From Haliotis rufescens (taxonomy: Eukaryota): DNA of 64,000 bases. Where the stretch lies: contig NW_025963857.1 in the NCBI RefSeq assembly GCF_023055435.1, positions 17,546,001 to 17,610,000 on the forward strand. The letters are read 5' to 3'. This document shows, in pieces, positions 11,969 to 24,169 of the stretch (its first letter is position 1; each line of letters begins with the position of its first letter). The notes beneath the pieces are model-generated. The model ran no database searches. It had not been told where the DNA came from and was given only the letters and a program-made list of their open reading frames with translations. A program made the position numbers and the translations under genes.

Positions 11969-13123
11969 TGTTCTGCATGGAGTTCTTTGGATCAGTGGGT
12001 GTAACGCCGCTTTGGGCAGTGCTTTAGTTATAACCCGAAGTTACTGCGTAACACTGGAGGCAAGCCAATACAGACGAAGGCCACAGACATTGCAAGTGAT
12101 TTCAAAGAATTTGATTGGTTTACCAAGCACTCCTTTGGCCAAAAATATAAATATTGCCACGCCCTCTAAGTACTGGATAACTATTGCCTGATTGGCTTAT
12201 AATAAAATAGGCAGGTCTTTTTATTGCGCTGAATAATGTCACTGATTATTGTTTTCTGCAGTTTTTGTGCGTCCATTTGCAGATAAACACACTGTGTTTA
12301 AAATGTAGAGATAGACTATACATGAAGATTTAACCGCGCTAAATTGAATTTGGAACCGAACGCGTAGCATAATTGTAATATAATTATTTAAATATGCCTA
12401 CCGATAGTGACCGTAAAAGAAGTACTATTCTGAAAATAATAGTTTCTGCGGTTTTGCGCCCTCAAATCGGTTGTTTCAATCAGAAGGAGTTTAGTGTGAT
12501 TTGATACCTCTGACTGACCAATCAAACTCGAGTATTTACCAACTTCATGGTAGAATGACTGAATAAGCAGCTGTGAAGCTGTTTATTGTTGATGGAAGTA
12601 TTTAAAAGAAATGACCTCACTATGTTTTTGTTACGTGGATTTACTTACTTTGCACACTGAATTTTACATTTACACTTCCATAATCGCAAAAAAACACTAT
12701 TGAGGATCATTGAAGTCAATTCTTAAATAAATAAATTGCATGTGATTGGCTAACCAAGTTATTCTTTTTGCGTTTACATAAACAATTTGACCACGTCCAC
12801 TACCGAACAACTTTTTTTTATTAGCTGATAACAGATTTGGCGGGGCTTATATTGTATTATTGCACTGTACTTCATTGTGTGTGTTGATGCCAAATAAGCA
12901 GCCTGGCAAGTTATTATTGTTGACTTATATATTTAACAGAAGTGTCTTCACTATATGTTTTATTAACGTAAATACCGGTGTGCACACTTTGCGCAAATAA
13001 CCTACGCGGATTTCTACAGTATGCACACTGGTTTTTAAGTTTATACCTCCAAAATCGGCCAAAATATTGACGTCAGTTGATAAATTTCCACGGGTACTGT
13101 CGTCATAAGAATCAAACATAATC

Positions 13124-13649
13124 CATCTTCCCGAGGCAAGAGAGTTAACTGACTTTAACAGTCCAGTTTCCACCCTTGCCGAACTAGGCTGGAATTCATG
13201 GGCTCGATCGTAGCGCCACCAGTGGCTATTAAGAGTTATGTCCCTTCTATGCCTCTCCTATGGACCAATCAGATTCCACTTCTCGTATCACATGCATTTG
13301 CTTCAAACAAAATTGCGGCGCCCAGACAAGAAAATCTGGTCGATAATCAAGATCTATACTGTGATAAAACGGGTCTTACATCGCGAAGTCCATCAAATTA
13401 CGTGAGCACCTTGATTAAAAACATGAAATGATAAGGAAAATATCTATTGACAACAGGTTGGCGGTGCACATGCTTTGCAAATCCTGCAATCGACAGAAAT
13501 CTGCATGACAGTTTACGAACCGGATTTTGATTGGACTTTGCATAGACTCGTTAGTCCAGCCAAAATCTAACTCCATAATACAAGCCTAGTTCGGCAAGGG
13601 TGGAAACTGGACTTTTATAGTCAGTTAACTCTCTTGCCTCGGGAAGATG
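13124..13649. mobile_element. Non-autonomous DNA transposon (MITE) with ~66-bp TIRs and 9-bp TSD
   Basis: TIR catcttcccgaggcaagagagttaactgac...; TSD aacataatc at 13115-13123 and 13650-13658; related ends near 34935 and 52218-52450. Confidence 0.9.
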
Positions 13650-15351
13650 AACATAATCAGGCAGGGAGAATCTGGGAATCCCGGCAGTGCTAAGCAATGA
13701 AATCTGTCACAGTGAATTTGGCGCCTTCCACCAGTTGCCCATCTCAGCCACCGGCAGCGTGTATCGCCCCATTCATTCAAAATTAGTCCGTCACCCAGGT
13801 TCACTCTCATTCTGCCTACAGGTAAATCTGTCTGCAGTTTATAACAAACACAATACGTTTCATTAGGGGATCAGTTCCAGACTGATTGCATACTGAATAC
13901 CTGTCTCCCCTTTCTAACACAAATTGTAAATACCTGTATATTAAGAAATGTGAAACCGAAGATCCGAGTAGATAATAGGTCTTCAGCAACCCATGCTTAC
14001 CGTAACAGGCGACTGCTTGTCGAAAGAGGCGACTAAAGGGATCGGGTGGTCAGGCTTGCTGACTTGGTTGATGCATGTCATCGCGGATCGATGATCATGG
14101 TGTCAATCACAGGATTGTCTGGTCCAGACTTGATTGTTCAAATTCAATTATTAGATTCTATTCATATTAAAAACCGGCTGGTTTCAATTACGTAAATACA
14201 TTGATTAATATAAACTGCAAGTCTACTTATCATACAAACACATCTAGCTTGGCATGTACATCGGTTGTTTACAGTCAACCTTCACTGATGTATTAATTGT
14301 AGGGGCGGTCGGGTAGCCTAGTGGTTAAAGCGTTAGCAAGTCACGACGAAGACCCGGGTTCGATTCCCGACATGGGTACAATGTGTGAAGCCCATTTGTG
14401 GTGTCCCCGTCCGTGATATTGCTGGAATATTGCTAAAAGCGGCGTAAAACCATACTCACTCACTATTAATTGTATCCTACCCGTGAAGATCCGGGGTAGA
14501 ATAAATCTTCAGCAAACCATGCTTGCTGTAAAAGGCGACTATGCTTGTCGTAAGAGGCGACTAACGACTTTATTGATGCACGTCATCGTATCCCAATTGC
14601 GCGGATCTATGCTCATGATGTCAATCACAGCATTGTCTGGTCCAGACTGAATTATTTTCAGACCGTCGTCATATAGTTGGAATATTGCTGAGTGCGGCGT
14701 TAAACAACAAACAAACAAACTTATCATCTATACACATCTAGCTTGGTATGTACATTGCTTGCTTCACCAACCACACCGCAACACCAAAGATCTAATGTTA
14801 ACGAGATTGTTTATGATAGTGATGTTTTAAATCAACAGTTTTCTAAATGTTATAGTGATTCCATTAAGCGGCTTGAGCTTCGTGATTTATGAAAAAACCG
14901 TGATACTGCTGCAACGAATTTATCTTACCGACATGTTTGAAACAATTAAAACAAATTAAAAATTGATTCCTGTTCGATTGAGCTGAGGTTAACTTGTGCT
15001 CGGTCACGTGACTTTCGTTGACTCGTAAACAACGTGCGGCTTCTTGCTTCCTAATGGGTGCACAGATTAATAATCCCCGATCAAAAATCCACGTGCACGT
15101 GTTTTCTTCGTGACGGGGTATAAGGGATTTAATCTCCGCTCAGAAATGTATTTCCCTTCCAAGCGGGAGACCAGTATTTTATCAGATCACGTGAACCAAT
15201 CAGATCACAATATTCTGACATGGAAGTAAGATAAAGTATACACTATATTCTTCTAATACACTACATGAATAAACTTAGTAACGGTTAAGCTCTGGAACAT
15301 CAGGATCAGCTTCACATACATTGACGGACAAAAGAAAGTATACACTCAATT

Positions 15352-15616
15352 TTTGTTTGTTTGTAGTTTAACGCGCACTCAGCAATATTCCAGCAATATG
15401 ACGGCGGTCTGTAAATAATCGAGCCTGGACCAGACAGTCGAGTGATTGATATCACGAGCATCGATCCACACAATTGGGATACGATGACATGTATCAACCA
15501 AGTTAGCGAGCCTGACCACCCGATCTCGTTATAGTCGCCTCTTACGACAAGCATAGTCACCTTTTACTGCAAGCATGGGTGGCTGGAGACCTATTCTACC
15601 CCGGATCTTCACAGGG
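15352..15616 (-). mobile_element. Short retroposon family D
   Basis: TSD tatacact(c/t)aatt on both sides. Confidence 0.9.
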
Positions 15617-15629
15617 TATACACTTAATT

Positions 15630-15880
15630 GAAATGTGGTGAGGACCAAAACAGTAAACAAACGTTGTAAAAACGCTACTAGGCTGGCCTGTTGTGAGACG
15701 CTCATTGATATGATGCATGTAATATTGCCTATTATACCCGTATCAAGGACATCATCAGCGAATAACCATTTCCTGTTTATTTCACTTTTAGCCACCATCA
15801 ACGATGGTTGTATAGTTTCTTTTCCCCGGCATATATGGGCCACGCCCATGCCCCCCTCGTCTTAACAATCTGTGCAGGTA
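15630..15880 (-). pseudogene. Coding fragment of an unidentified protein, paralogous to 8663-8900
   Basis: C..C*DEGGMGV...KETIQPSLMVAKSEINRKWLFADDVLDTGII; in-frame stop upstream; interrupted by a family D insertion. Confidence 0.5.
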
Positions 15881-16401
15881 TAGCTCAGTCACATGACATT
15901 ATCGATCCGTATATTCCAGGGGGCATTCCGATGTGATCGTTGTGGCTGTTCACGGGGATTCATTCAGCCTTGGCATGTTGGGGTATTTGTGATACCCATT
16001 TTGTACAGAGTAAACCGTTAATTATTTATAGTACACCTGTTTTTCAATCTGTTGTAGTAGTATGCTCACGTATGTTATCCCGGACGAGTGGGACCACGTA
16101 CTTAATGTAGGTCTTCACGAGAAATGTAACCATACTCCCGAACATTGCACTCGGCTCGACTCAGACCAGCAGGTGATCTCGGAGGGCATTGGGTGGAATC
16201 CATATTGAAACTGGACTTAAGTGACTATCGCATTACACGATACAATCTGGCCGAATGTCAGCCATACGTCTTGTACAGTGTTGTTGGGTATTATAGTGTA
16301 TATCTTATTTCTGTTAACCATAAAAATGTGAATCACTCGCACCAGGCGCTACAATAACAATTCTCGTCGGTTTCATCTGACCGGTGCTGACACATGCGCA
16401 G

Positions 16402-16637
16402 TTGGTTGGTTGGTTTGCACTCAGCAATATTCCAGCAATATGACGGCGGTCTGTAAATAATCGAGTCTGGACCAGACAATTCAGTGATTAATATCATGAG
16501 CATCGATCCATGCATCAACCAAGTCAGCGAGCCTGACCACCCGATCCCGTTAGTCGCCTTTAACGACAAGCATAGTCACCTTTTACGGCAAGCATGGGTT
16601 GCTGAAGACCTATTCTACCCCGGAATCTTCACGGGTC
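16402..16637 (-). mobile_element. Short retroposon family D with intact 5' end
   Basis: 13-bp TSD gacacatgcgcag; 5' end gacccgtgaagattcc. Confidence 0.9.
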
Positions 16638-17009
16638 GACACATGCGCAGAGCTCCAGATAACTTTTAGAGCAACTGAGTTTTTACTCTAGTGTTTCTAT
16701 TTTATTGGGTTATTACATTTTTCATTGGGTAACCAATATTCATCTTCTTCTATTCATCACTCTATTGGATTTTCCCCAAAATTAGTGAACATTTTAAGAT
16801 TTATGAAAAAAAATGAAATAATGTTTTAGATGTACATAACCATGATAACTGTTCTAAATATATAGGCTTGACTCGGAAATTAAATTAGTTCGTAATTGTG
16901 TTTCGGAAATTAGCTCCTTTGTACGCATACTGAAAAAGCTTCATTTTACGCGTGCTGTTTTTATACATTTGCGTTTTTCATTTAATGCATGCGTTTCTGA
17001 ACGCAAGTT

Positions 17010-17290
17010 GGGGGGCACGGGTGGCCCAGTCGCCTAAGGCGCCGCGATTCGCTGTGCAGAGTTGCGTCCCTTGGGCACGCCAGAAACCAATGATTGTGGG
17101 TTCGAATCCCGGTTCGCCCCGATTATGTTTCTAGGTTTGTCGGCACCATACCCGTGCTCGTGGGTTTCACCGAAGTGGTAAACGTCTGACACCTGCATCA
17201 CTTCGGGCTTTCCTCCCACATTAAGCTGACACGCCGTGATATAACTGGAATACTGTTAAAAGCGGCGTTAAACCCAACTCACTCACTCAC
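17010..17290 (+). mobile_element. tRNA-derived SINE family B, full length (V-domain-like central motif)
   Basis: A box tggcccagtcg, B box ggttcgaatcc, gggctttcctcccac motif, (ctca)n tail, TSD acgcaagtt. Other copies ~18435-18665(-), 29180-29440(-), 42496-42764(-). Confidence 0.92.
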
Positions 17291-18724
17291 TGTACGCAAG
17301 TTAATTGAAAATAATTGGGTTTTGAATATTTGTGGGGAATAGTTTACGCAAATACGCTGCTTATCTGTAACCCTGCTACGCCATTTGTCAATTTTGGCTT
17401 TCCTGGAACCATCTCCGGAAAACTATTGACTCTCAGCGATATCGTGGAGTTGCATGATAATAAAATAAAAATGAAATATCGCAGAAAATGTCTTTAAACC
17501 ATCTCCCTTACTTCTTAAAATATTTGAACGCAAATGCAAATGTTATCCACGTAAACGCGGTCACATCAATATAACAAGTGACAGTGATAGATAGTATTGC
17601 AAGACAACAGAACAGCACGAATTGGGAAAATTAAAGACATCAAGAGTTACCCCCCTTAATTACCCAAGCTCCCCCCGGTGTCACTGTATAGAGAGCTCCG
17701 CGAGCGGGGAATCGCTGTGAGGAGCGTGAAGGGGGCCATGGCGTCATGCGTTGTCACGACGACGCTTATCAATTGTCTTTGGAATGGATGGGTTTCTGCG
17801 ACTCATGACTCATCGTTTGTGTGTCAGATTCCACAATCAAGGCCAATTTAGCACAGGTTTCTCTTGGAACGGATCAGGTATGTGGAGAGTTGACGAGTTG
17901 CTTTACAACAGCCTATTAGAAATAGATTTAGAAATAAGTTATTATTATTCTCTGGCGTTGATGTTTCCTATTTACAGGAACTAAGGAAACATCAGTAACG
18001 TCATAATAAAGCCAAGTCTACTATTTATTACACGCTTAACTAATGCCTATATCATAAACAAATAGGAAGGCCATTTCTAAAGTGTAGTGAGTGAGTATGG
18101 TTTTAAGCCGCTTCTAGCAATATTCCAGCAATTTCTCTTCGGCGTGACAAGCGAACGCTTTAACCGTTAGGTTACCCGACCTTCCCCTTTAAAGTGTAAC
18201 GATTCACATATCCTCCTGGGGTGGTCGGGTAGCCATGTGGTTAAAGCGTTCGCTCGTCACGCAGAAGACCCGGGTTCCATTCCCGATATGGGTACAATGT
18301 GGGAAGCCCATTTCTGGTGTCCCCCGCCGTGGTATTGCTGGAATATTGCTAAAAGCGGCGTAAAACCTTACTCACTGACTGACTGACATATCTTCCTATC
18401 TTTACCATGTAACCTTGACGACCTTCTTGTAGTAGGTGAGTGAGGTTGGTTAATCCCCTGTCAACAGCATGTTAGTTATATCAAGGGGTATCAGCTGGGA
18501 GGAAAGCCGGAAGTGACGCAGGTCTTAGTTTCTCACCTTGGTGAAACCCATGAGCAAGTGTATGGTGCTGATAAACCTAGAAACATAACCGGGGAGATTA
18601 TGAGATTCAAACCCACGATCACGACACGTCTAAGGGGCGAACTAAGACGACTGAGCCACCCGTACCCTTCTCATCAAGAGTATAATCAACTTTTTTCAGG
18701 TAAAAGAGTGAGAAGATTAACAAG

Positions 18725-21712
18725 ATGAACTGGGTTCCCAGAGACTTTACGGAAAAGGATAATCAGCCATTATCTGCTCTTCACGGAACAGACTTTAAGC
18801 TGCAGGAATCATTAATGAGCCTCCGGTTTTCTCAAGGCACCAGCTCCGACTCTGCGGCAGCGTGCAGTGAATTAACCAGATGGAGAATCGAGTCGTCAAG
18901 GTGGGGCATAGAGTCGTCAAGGTGGGGCATAGGGTCGTCAAGGAGTGGAATTGAGTTGGCAAGGTGGGGCATTGAGTCGTCAAGGAAGGGCTATGATCAT
19001 CACCAAACAACACCTTGTTCTACAGTTGATGCATCACCACCTCCACGTATATCCCCCTCTACACAGAACAGCCAGCAGCATCTCCCGTCATCCTCCCGCC
19101 CTGCGTCATCAGCCCGCGGGGTGGCCAGGCAGGTAACGGAATTCATCAACAAAACTTGTGTATTACATTGGACAATGAGATCTTTTATTTATCGCGGTAG
19201 GACCTTTGTCAGCTGTTATCCTGTGAGGGGAATCCGAGTACTCCGCGATGCATTATCAGAGTGAGTGAGTGAATGTTTCATGCAACAGTCAGCAAAATTC
19301 TGTCTATGTCCGCGGCCTGTACATAATGAAGTTTGGACCAGACAAACCAGTGATTGAAACATAAGCAAAGTAGGCTGACCACCCGATACAAGCAAAACGG
19401 CATTAGCCACTACTAACTCACTCAGTCACCTTTAAGCAGCTTTCAGTTAGGTGAATATGGCGTTTATATGACAACGGCATGCAATATTGTATTCCATTGT
19501 TGTATTAAAGAAATGCATGTTCGTGATCAGGTGAGGTGAAATGGGGTTTAACGTCGCGTCCGAGATTATTGCACTTCTATAGCGAAGTGCATGCACGCGC
19601 GTGCGTGCGTGCGTGCGTTTGTGTACGTGTAGTAGTCCGGACTGATGCCGATTTATAGATATACTCAAGCAATGTATATTCGTGATAACGTTATACATGA
19701 ACTTGTATTCCAGAGAAGTAATCAAGCAATGCATGTTCATGATGAAGTTTTACATGTGTTCCAGATAATATTCAAGTAATGCTCGTTCCTTAAAAAGGTT
19801 TACTATAATTCCATAGTGTACCCTAGCAATGCTCGTTCGTGATGAAGGTTTACTATTATTCCACAGATGTACTCAAGCGACGCATATTCGTGATGACGTT
19901 ATACTTGTATTCCAAACAACTTGTACTTCTTGTTTACAGGCTCCATCATGTGGTGTGTCTGTGAAGACGTGTCAAACTTCAGATTTTCCAAATGACGACG
20001 AGCGTCACCGAAAACAGATTAAAGCTGTGAGTGAAAATATAAAAGAGTGCAAATTTTCGGACTTCGGTCGCCCGGGAATGAATTGGAACATGGATTTGAA
20101 ACTCTCCACGAAGAAAGGGATAATGCCTTACCTCACAACAGGGGAAATGTTATTGGAATCTCAAACAGACAATCAAGACAAAATACGTTGTGCTGCTGCC
20201 AGAGAGGAACTGGAATTAGGCTCTCCTGTTGGACCTGAGCACGATGAATCCGGTGAAACCGACCTAGATCTGTTCTCCATTCATCCTGAAATATGTACAG
20301 ATACTCGTACAGCCAGATCTACCATTGACCTAACATCAGACACATCTGGATCTGCCATTGACCTTACGTCAGCCACATCTGGATCTGCCTTTGACCTAAA
20401 ATCAGACACATCTGGATCTGCCATTGACCTAAAATCAGACACACCTGGATCTATCATTGACCTTACGTCAGACACATCTGGATCTGCCATTGACCTAAAA
20501 TCAGACACATCTGGATCTGCCCTCGACCTAAAATCAGACACATCTGGATCTGCCATTGACCTAAAATCAGACACACCTGGATCTATCATTGACCTTACGT
20601 CAGACATATCTGGATCTGCCATTGACCTAAAATCAGACACATCTGGATCTGCCCTTGACCTAAAATCAGACACATCTGGATCTGCCATTGACCTAAAATC
20701 AGACACAACTGGATCAAGGTGTGGCACATATAGATCTGCCATTGACCTTACGTCGGACACATCTGGATCTATCATTGACCTTACGTCAGACACAACTGGA
20801 TCTGCCATTGACCTAAAATCAGACACATCTGAATCAAGGTGTGGCACATATAGATCTGCCATTGACATCACGTCAGTCACAACTGGATCTATCATTGACC
20901 TTACGTCAGACACAACTGGATCTGCCATTGACCTAAAATCAGACACATCTGGATCAAGGTGTGGCACATATAGATCTGCCATTGACCTCACGTCAGACAC
21001 AATTGGATCTGCCATTGACCTCACGTCAGACACAACTGGATCTGCCATTGACCTCACGTCAGACACAACTGGATCTGCCGTTGACCTAAAATCCGACACA
21101 GCTGAATCATCTATTAACCTAACACTAAGCACATCTGGACGTCATATATCAGTTTTATCGTCATGGTGCCGGAAGGATGTAACGCTGTCAAACACCAAGG
21201 AAGCGTTCAATGAGAGGCCGCCATGTCGAAGAAACCCAGCAACAATTTTAACAATTTTGTTTCGTTATCATGATTCTCGAGAAATGACCAAACCATATAT
21301 AGAAGCAAGAGCAAGAGACTCCAGTTCACCGTCTGCTGTGGAACCATCGAGAGCCAAACACCCCCAGCTCAAAATGGAAGGTGTTTGTCAACATAAGAGA
21401 AAAACTGCGGAATCGGAAAATCCACATGGCAATACCCCGGCCAAGAAAAGGCAAGGTAAATGTCACAGTGTAAACCCTTGGACCAGGAAGTACATACGTG
21501 AGGACAGAGAGCGTAGTCTCACATCAGGAGATCTGTGCTGTGGACAGTCTCTGGAACCACCCCCTGCTCCCCGGAAAGATCCCTCCCGTGCAGCTACTGC
21601 CAGGAGGGCTATTGGTCAAGGCGGGGGTGGGGCTAGTCCACCAGTGTCCAGTGGGGGCAAGTCCGACGGTGCTGCTGTTGCATGTCGGGTTAGGAGGAGT
21701 CTTTTTGTGTAG
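18725..21712 (+). CDS. Predicted ~726-aa low-complexity protein with tandem SUMO-interacting / SUMO-acceptor repeats; join(18725..19132,19940..21712)
   Basis: Acceptor ttttttcag|g at 18700; ATG at 18725 with an in-frame upstream stop; donor CAG|gtaacg at 19132; acceptor ttgtttacag|GCT at 19940, phase 0 matched; 1773-nt open final exon; 23 frame-preserved 33-nt units; basic KRK...PAKKR NLS-like motif. No recognised homolog. Confidence 0.62.
19480..19915. repeat. Degenerate ~40-bp intronic tandem repeat (caagcaatgcatgttcgtgatgaag...), interrupted by a SINE-C 3' fragment (19529-19660)
   Basis: Repeated caa(g)caatgc...ttcgtgat...tattcca units. Confidence 0.7.
20315..21140 (+). repeat. 33-bp coding minisatellite, 23 units (SGSAIDL[T/K]SDT), with three 21-nt in-frame inserts (RCGTYRS)
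   Basis: Unit tctggatctgccattgacct(aaaa/tacg)tcagacaca; no frameshifting indels. Confidence 0.95.
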
Positions 21713-22402
21713 TTCCCCTTCTCCTGGACACGAGGACCACCATGTGGTTACATCAGGATCTCTTAAGACGCCTTTCCTTAACTTGTATTCAACCTTCTAT
21801 ATGATACAGAACAATGAATAATCCAACAAACAGGTTAGTTTGTGTTTTTTTATTGGAAAATGAAGGCATTGCGAATACTGATTTCATAAAAGCAATCAGC
21901 TAGCATAATGTGCAAAACATTAAATTCGACTCGTACATATATTCGAATATATTTATTCTTTGAAGTTAAAATATGTTGACACATCGGCTGTACATGTGTA
22001 TATAACACACAGAACGCCCTCATCTTTCTACTTTATCTACCTTGGGCGGCGAGGACACGAACTGAAACTTCTCTGGCTGCTTGAATAGAAAAGTAATGGG
22101 AATATACAGCACAGGGTAATACGGGATGTCATGAACGCAACACCAAGAAATAGAGCCACAAAGCTCTGCAGCTCACCTGAATTATGTAGAAATAATGGCG
22201 GATATGTTTAAGGTCGGATTGGAATTACGTGTGCAGTGTTTACAGACACCATAGCTGTCATTCATTCAAAGTTTCAGCTCCACGTGCCTTGTAGTTTCAG
22301 AGATGTTGAAATGCAGTCACCTTAGAACAACGGGGCTACCTGAAGGTCAAAGGTCGTAGCTTAATCCAAAATCAGTACGAACCCCGAAAAGCAACAAAAG
22401 TA

Positions 22403-22950
22403 TTTTTTTTTTCTTTTATTGTTTATAAAAGGAAGCACCTGTTACATAAAATGGTCTTCCGCCCAGGGTAGCAGAAAGCACATGACACATTACACAACCT
22501 TTTTTACGGATATCTTACATTAATGTCTTAAGTAAAACTAAAATTAAAGTAAAAGCTCCTCTTCATTAATGATACAGCATCCAAGCATTCTGCTGATTAC
22601 CTGTCTCGAAAGCAATATCTTTTTCAATCTTGTATCGTGAAAAGGCCTCCTTTTTATGAACATTAAAATAAGATTTTGAAATTTTCATCTAAAAATATAG
22701 AATTTTGCAACAAGTAAAAGTAAATCGAACTTTATATGTTTTTATGTTCTTTTTAACTCCAAAAAGTATCAATTCTGCATAAAATGTCATATTATAAACA
22801 TGAACACACTGGTCTATCCAAACTGACACTTCATCCCAAAAGTGTTTTATTACAGCACAGTCCCAAAACAAGTGAGTAATTGTTTTCTTTTCATTGAGAC
22901 AGAAGGAGCACAGATCATTTTGAACATAACTAAGTATAAAAACAAACGTA
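22403..22950 (-). mobile_element. 3' fragment of an L1/Tx1-clade LINE
   Basis: LCSFCLNEKKTITHLFWDC...FW...ELILFG zinc-binding motif C-terminal to RT; aataaa plus poly(A) tail at 22403-22420 on the minus strand. Confidence 0.8.
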
Positions 22951-23844
22951 TTATTGTCCCGCATATCACACCTCCTAATGCTACATGCACAAGGGTCTGA
23001 GTAATGGACAAAATGACATTTCAATATGGCCGCCGTCGGAATTATGTGAGCAAGTTTTAGACGCCATAGCTGGGATCATTCATGCAACATAAGCTAACTC
23101 GACTTTAAAGGTGAGCTACACATATTTCCGGCGTTGTGAGACATGGTTGTCAAGTGATATAAGGAATGGCCGCAATGGCGATATCTATGAAGTATCTTGA
23201 CACGTCTCAGTTGTCTCACGTCTTCACATGTCTTCGAAGTTGTCTGTCACTTCACCGTAGGTACCTGGAGGAAAGAGAAAGCGACGTCGATGACAACATG
23301 ACTCAAAGACGCCTGGTCATTAGTATAAGGATTTGGTCGGAAGGCGAGGGAGGGGGAAATTCAGCAATATGGCGTCCGTGGGGACACATTTTTTGTGTGT
23401 GCATTTAGTTGAACAACGATGAAAAACAAAAAAACAAAAACAACGTTCACTAGTATTCGAAACAGATTGTTCCTTCCCACCAATCGAAACACATTGTTCC
23501 TTCCCACCAAGCGATCTCAGTGATCCAGACATTACATGCACTTTTACTACCACAGTTTGACGATTGTTAAGATCACTTTGTGGAACGGGACATGTATGTT
23601 TCCAAATATACGCGGGGCGGTCCGGTAGCCTAGTGGTTAAAGCGTTCCCTCGTCACGCCGAAGACCCGAGTTCGACTCCCGACATGGGTACAATGTGTGA
23701 AGCCCATTTCTGGTGACCTCCGCCGTGATATTGCTGGAATATTGCTTAAAGCAGCGTAAAACCTCACTCACTCACTCCAAATTTACGCCATTGTGAATAC
23801 CTGGAAAAACCTTGCACACGTCCCACGTGACGTGACATGAGGTG

Positions 23845-24108
23845 AGTTTGGTTGGTTGGTTTGTTGTTTAACGCCGCACTCAGCAATATTCCAGCAATAT
23901 GACGGCGGTCTGTAAATAATCGAGTCTGGACCAGACAATCCAGTGATTAATATCATGAGCATCGATCCACGCAATTGGGATCGATGACATGCATCAACCA
24001 AGTCAGCGAGCCTGACCACCCGATCCCGTTAGTCGCCTTTTACGACAAGCAAAGTCGCCTTTGAGGGCAAGCATGGGTTGCTAAAGATCTATTCTACCAC
24101 GGATCTTA
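23845..24108 (-). mobile_element. Short retroposon family D
   Basis: 10-bp TSD acatgaggtg. Confidence 0.9.
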
Positions 24109-24169
24109 ACATGAGGTGGGGAGAGGAGGGATAATAATGCTGACGGGATCAACTACACCTGTCCAGTCA

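Noticed and set aside
17693-17730. ~35-bp similarity to 62419-62455 (gagctccgcga...atcgc...tgaggagc)
   Set aside because: Too short and diverged to assign; may be a fragment of a dispersed repeat
19829-19939. Track start of the 627-aa ORF
   Set aside because: Lies in a degenerate intronic repeat upstream of a strong acceptor at 19940; the spliced model is preferred
20281-21132. 283-aa antisense ORF (DPDVSDFRSMA)n
   Set aside because: Confined to the 33-bp repeat and closes at its edges; a shadow of the plus-strand frame, which extends into unique sequence
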